A stretch of 55,426 bases of DNA, counting the filler, from Platydemus manokwari (taxonomy: Eukaryota): assembly GCA_037951405.1 (NCBI GenBank). It is 4 parts of 4 records of this genome, joined end to end, with 100 filler letters (N's around TTAATTAATTAA, not from the genome) between each part and the next. Parts side by side here need not be neighbours in the genome. Positions count along the whole stretch, not along the records: positions 39,270 to 55,426 come from JBBMOY011209209.1; 3 more parts are not named here. One strand, given 5' to 3'. A program made the position numbers and the translations under genes. Under the pieces are notes generated by a model. It worked only from the letters and a program-made list of their open reading frames with translations, ran no database searches and was not told the origin of the DNA. Below are positions 49,665 to 55,426 of this stretch, piece after piece; within the stretch, counting starts at the first letter, position 1, and every line of letters begins with the position of its first letter.

Positions 49665-52600
49665 CATTTGTCAACGATGTGTTGTGAAAATGGACCATCA
49701 TTGTCCATGGGTTAACAATTGTATTGGGGAAAACAATCAAAAATATTTCGTTCTTTTCACGGTGAGTCCGGTTTGCTGGTTTTGCTGTGAACAGTGATTT
49801 ATGATTTTGTTTTCAGTTCTATATCTGTGTGATATCTATCTATTCCATTTATATTAGTATACACTTTTTTATTATGTGTGTCGGATCCGAGTGGGAAGGT
49901 AGGTGGTGAATAATTTTTTTTAATTCTTTATAAAATTTGATATCATTATTTGCTTTTATTAATTTATTATTGCCATTAACAGTCAGTGGATGAAATAATT
50001 GATAAGATTGAAACTAATTTTATTAATATTTGAGTTTTGAAAGTCATCCACCAATGATGTGGTGTTGATGCTGGATTTTATTACATTATTTCCGATGTAT
50101 CGTTGTTTCGATAAGATCAATGAAGACGGAATGTAAGGATTATCGACAATTTAAACAGTTAGTTTAACGATAAACCGTTTTCGTAGTCTTTTCTACTCGT
50201 CAGCATAGAATACTGCCTCGAATAAATCATTCTATCACTTCTCATTGGTGGATTTATATAAATAACAATTTCACTCCGTATTTTCCATGACGCAATGAGC
50301 TCTATTATGATTTAACTCTGGTTATGTATCAGCATGTCCTTTACACATATCTCAGTCTCATAACCTTTAACAATAAATTATAACGAAGTTATGATGGTTG
50401 GACTTGGATCGAAATTACATCTTTGCAATCGACCTATATACCAATTATTAGATTGTTTAGGTTAACTGTAAGCATATCATTGCACTTTGATGTCATATCG
50501 ATAAAGATTCAATGTTCTTGTTCTGTAAATTTCATCACCTGTCATTCTCTACAAAATGGAACCATATAAACTTACACAACGAGTCTGCTTGTCTGCTTAT
50601 TATTCTTATTGTTTTTCATTCAAATATCCTGTGTTCGCCTGATAATATGAAGTCTAGCCTATTAAACAGCTAGGCTAAGTTTAAATTTTATGCGGATTTT
50701 AAATTCACAAATTGATTTCATGTAAATTAATTAAAAACGACAACATCGACTTGTGATATTGAGATACGATATATTGTTAAATTTTATTGCCATGGTGACA
50801 GTACTGTCGATAAATGGTAAACTATGCCTAACAACCATATTTCCTAATCTGTTTACAAATCTTATTTAAAAATGCATCATGATTTGTCAGTCCGTGATAA
50901 TGTAATTGTAAAACTTATTAGGTAACAATCTTTTATACGTCTTTTATAAATAAATCGTCTTCCTTAAAAATCGTTAATAAGGTGGATTCAGGTAATTTTG
51001 ATAAACGTTTCAAATGTAGGATGCTACTAATGCGATAAATTGATTAATATTGTTGTCTCCATAAGTGATGAACAGATTTTATGTTCGTAATTACATTGGG
51101 AATATATACTGCTATCATTAGGATAATGACATTTTTAATTACTGTGGAACATGATTATGATGACTATTTTTTATAAATTACATTATCTTCCGTTGAATGG
51201 TCAGTGATTTGTTTCATAAATATAATAACTCATAGATTTTGGTTTAGTGGATTTATCAAAAGCAATTTATCGCTTCTGATGAATATTAAAATGATATATT
51301 CATAATTTNNNNNNNNNNNNNNNNNNNNNNNNNNNNNNNNNNNNNNNNNNNNNNNNNNNNNNNNNNNNNNNNNNNNNNNNNNNNNNNNNNNNNNNNNNNN
51401 NNNNNNNNNNNNNNNNNNNNNNNNNNNNNNNNNNNNNNNNNNNNNNNNNNNNNNNNNNNNNNNNNNNNNNNNNNNNNNNNNNNNNNNNNNNNNNNNNNNN
51501 NNNNNNNNNNNNNNNNNNNNNNNNNNNNNNNNNNNNNNNNNNNNNNNNNNNNNNNNNGTGCAGCCCTGATATATTCAGGTAGGATTCAAGAATTTGCTTA
51601 TAAAAGGTTATTATCCTAACTTGTAATAATATCTTAACTTCCTTTTATTGTTTCTCTAAGCCGTTTCATCTGAACTGGATTTTGATATATTTTTAAAATT
51701 ATTTAGTCAATTGATTTTCTAACATTTATTCCGAATTCGATGAAATGATTTGCCAGCAAATCATTCTTATTCCAATTGTTGAAATTAAATAATCTTCAAA
51801 TGAAGGCATTAACATAATTATAATCTGTTATAAGCTATAATAATGCAGTAGTCGGTGTAACGAATATCTGACTTGATCAAATAACCCAATGAAAATATTG
51901 ATTTTATTATTTAATGTTAAATACAATTCTGGTGTTGGCATTTTTTAACTTAATGAAAAAATGATTTTGATAATGAGAAACGATTTTGATTATTTTTATC
52001 CAATGAAAATTCAATATAAATGGTAGATCAATTGAATTTATTAATCGATTTCAAAACACGAAAATCTTTTGATGAGAATATTGAATGGCAAAAAACATCA
52101 ATAAATTTTAATAAAACATATTTTTAACTTCTATTCCTTTACTTACAATATAACATATATATATAATTATAATTTTATTGATAAAAATAAATAATAATTA
52201 ATAATATTACTAATAGATTGTAATAATTTTCAGAATGTAAGGATGGATTTAGCCCAGCTGCCTCAACAATTTTAATTGTGTTCTTATTGGTCGAAGGTGT
52301 ACTGTTTGGATTATTCACTGCTATAATGTGCGGCGAACAATTACAATCGATTTGGAGAGATGAAACGGTAATGTTGATTGATTCATAATTGATAAATCAA
52401 TTAAATGTTGGACAAAATTGTCTCATACATATGTAATATTATGATCAACAAATTGAAATTTATTATTTCCATAATTTCGATAATTTTCTATGATATTAAG
52501 CCAATAATTTCCTCTCGACAACGGAATCCATCAATACAATCGTATTATGGGTTATATTATTCGAACATACATTTATTATTTAGATAAATCAGTTAATCTC

Positions 52601-54697
52601 TACCATGTATTTATTGATATTTTCACGATATGAATTTGTTATTTTGATTGGATGAGAAGTTTATTTACTGATTTAGTGATTATTTGCAAAATGTAATCTC
52701 GTGTGGTGAGAGATCGATCGTTGCACGTTTAGTGTATAAAAATTCATTTTACTGCGTATTTCTGAAATTGGTGTAAAACTATTTGGTATTTTATGCTTAC
52801 CATTAAACTGATGGAATTATTGAGACTTGGAACGCTCTCTGTTATCAACATTTTAATATAAATGAACGAATTCAAACAGGATTATTTCTAGTTCTAGTTA
52901 GCTTGTCCATGTTTGGCTTAAAATTCGTTACGTTTAATCTCAATTATTTCTGTCCTCAATATTTAATCTGGCGACATTTCTTCTTTGATTTAGAAGTGAA
53001 AGATATTAAATTAAATTTAAATTATTTTTAAAGAAATATGTCATCTGTAAATATAAGAAAATGAAAGATTATAGATTGGATTTAAGTAGCTGTATTCATA
53101 AAACAGATTGTTATCAAATTATAAATAATAGTTTATAGTTGAAGATCAAAATGACACACTAGCAATACAGTCTGAATACTCGATATAGCCAACTGTACAA
53201 CAACTCATGGTGATTACAAACGTGATATTTTTTAGAAAATTTTTCGTGATTCCTTTAGATGTTTTAATGTTTTATCCAATAATTCCATATAGGCTTCCAA
53301 AACACCCATATGTTCTCTGGGAGAAATATGGGTCAGGTTGAGAATCCATAATGTAAACCAGTGGTCTTCACACTTTTTGTGTTGCGACCCACTTTACGAG
53401 TCCAAATTTTTTCGCGACTCCTATGGACTAAAATAAAAATAATAAAGTCAATTTTTTAATAAAAATTTCTTTTAACATAAAAAAATTAAAATATATTCAA
53501 TAATAACAATGATTTTGCATATCCTGACATAAAATAACGAATCTTGGATCTATTTCGGTGATGACTGTTCTGACTACTAATTCCATATCTTTAAAATTCG
53601 ATCGATATTTTGTCTTAATATAAGTCAATGTCGAAAATGAAATTTCTCGGTATCCCCAAAATTTTTTAAGACCCACGAATGGGTCGCGCCACCGCTTTTG
53701 AAGAACACTGATTTAAACAATTAGTTTATGGTAAGAAATGTTTGAGATTGAACTCTTTACAAATCCATTTTAGACGATCAATAACTTCATATATGGTTTT
53801 CTTGATATTTTTCGATAACTGGTACTTTATAAAATTAAAAATCAAATATAGAATAACTGGTATTCTTTATATATTTAAAAAATATTAGACATAGCATAGA
53901 AACTAAAGTAGTTTTCGGTCAATAACTTATAATTAGTTGAATTGGATTTTAAAAATCAATATCAAATCGAATAATAATAGTTATATCAAAATAAATTCTA
54001 GTGATTTATACAAGCTTGGGACTAATTAATAATTCAGTGAAGTATGTTTCTTCAACCATATTAATAAGTAATTTCGCAGTAGATGAAAATAATAACTCGA
54101 CTCAAAGCTATTTTTATTCACATGAATCAGCAGAAAGTTTTTTTTCATTTTCATTCGTTTCAAGGAATTTTTGTCTAGCTTATTTACAAGATAAAAGTAA
54201 TCATGTTTTTATTTTTACTTTGTTTTTATTTACAAGAGAGGATCCCCTATAAATTTATCCTGGTATAAATTTATCCTAAAACAAATACATGAACAAATAA
54301 AGAGGCGGTACTATGATCAAGTGTAACGCAGCAGATTTGTTAGAGTTTACCTTTAATTTATTGATTAAATGCACGACAAAATGTGTATGGATTATATGGG
54401 GTCCTACTCAACACGGGTTTTTGTTTACAAAACATGGCTTGGTAACACCGTTTTAGTTGACAGATGGTGATTTATTGTTGTAATTCTCCCTTCTGCAATT
54501 TTTAAATTTGATTATAATGACAGGGTATCGAGAATCTAAAGAAAGAACGTGCTACATGGGAACGCAAATCCAAATGGGCCAATATGCAATCTCTATTTGG
54601 TTATCCAATTTCATGGAAATGGTTCTGTCCACTAGTGGAACCAAATTTTCAGTTAACAATATCAGAAAAAGAAACTAATTCTCTGCACATAGTTTGA
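49665..54697 (+). CDS. DHHC palmitoyltransferase ZDHHC3/ZDHHC7-like, last four exons
   Basis: Exons 49665-49761, 49817-49898, 52234-52367 and 54524-54697 splice in phase: [32 protein letters not shown]|FYICVIS...|[31 protein letters not shown]...SIWRDET|[28 protein letters not shown]. The model spans the N gap. Confidence 0.92.
51309..51557. other. Assembly gap (N run) inside a ZDHHC intron
   Basis: Plain N run with no linker. Confidence 0.95.
53359..53710 (-). mobile_element. Non-autonomous hAT-Buster element (352 bp) in a ZDHHC intron
   Basis: TIRs cagtggtcttca / tgaagaacactg. 8-bp TSD atgtaaac / atttaaac with central TA. Retains the transposase C-terminus [30 protein letters not shown] on the - strand. 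Confidence 0.9.
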
Positions 54698-55426
54698 TGA
54701 AAGACTTTGTGATTCAGATCTAATTTTCGCCTTCATTTGATCGATATCTGTTTTGTTTAATCTAGGAGCTCATTGTCTTTGTGATCAATAATGAGTTCCA
54801 TTGTTGTCTAATCCCACACTGCTGATGGCTCTACATGCTGCTTCCTTGTTGATGAAATTGTCGACCATGTTGCATTATGGCAATATAAAAACGAGTTTTG
54901 TAATGTTTTTCTAACTAATTTATGACTAATAAATTGAGTTTTTATTCTCTAATAGTAGAAATGTTGTTCATATAGACCGTTACCGAGGAAACATGTTTGA
55001 TTATATTTCAAGTGAACCATTCGATAAAATCGATATCATTACGAACATAAAACGATTAGGAGAGATATTATTTGATGCAAATCGTTTTTATCAGATTCAT
55101 ATTTTTTGTATTGTTGCTAGTTGTTATTTTTTGTGAACAAGATTTCGATACATTGACGGAAATTTTTGGTATTGAATGATGGTTGAAATAGTTTTCACTG
55201 TATTTTGTGTGCAGATCGATAAGTAATGGAGTGCAAATATTCGTCATTTCCTACATGTTTTTATTGTAACATGCTGATCATTGATTGGATAAATATTAGT
55301 CTGGTGTTTTAGTTGGCACAGTAGGGTGATCAGATCTATGGATTCTTTGATGTTGTTAAGAGTCGAATTTTCTTTTGGAAATCGAATGTGATTTGTGATG
55401 AAAACAGATAAATATATATATATATA

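Noticed and set aside
38244-54697. Functional linkage of the Cys-rich protein and GPCR with the nearby DHHC palmitoyltransferase
   Set aside because: They are separated by an artificial contig linker, and proximity is not evidence of function in an animal genome.

Overview
AT-rich, intron-containing animal genomic DNA with many ~40-55 nt GT-AG introns. This would fit a planarian/flatworm genome, but that is inference only. The window is five contigs joined by three artificial 100-nt spacers (N44-TTAATTAATTAA-N44) and one plain N gap. Host genes spliced by hand: a 7-exon CRAL-TRIO/alpha-TTP-like gene (-), 3' exons of LRRC56 (+), NOM1 (-) head-to-head with ZGPAT (+), 3' exons of an apparently PDZ-less HTRA protease (+), an intronless atypical class A GPCR (-) head-to-head with a Cys-rich orphan ORF (+), an isolated first exon of an AMPK-related kinase (-), and 3' exons of a ZDHHC3/7-like palmitoyltransferase (+). 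Much of the rest is decayed transposon sequence: several Ty3/gypsy remnants, two RLE-type non-LTR remnants, two hAT-Buster elements, a Merlin fragment and a MITE. The most unusual feature is a decayed gag-like retroelement (~6.0-9.4 kb, -). Its extended Gag appears to carry a coiled coil and a ubiquitin-like domain, and its leader holds four regularly spaced tRNA-3'-end (PBS-like) motifs.
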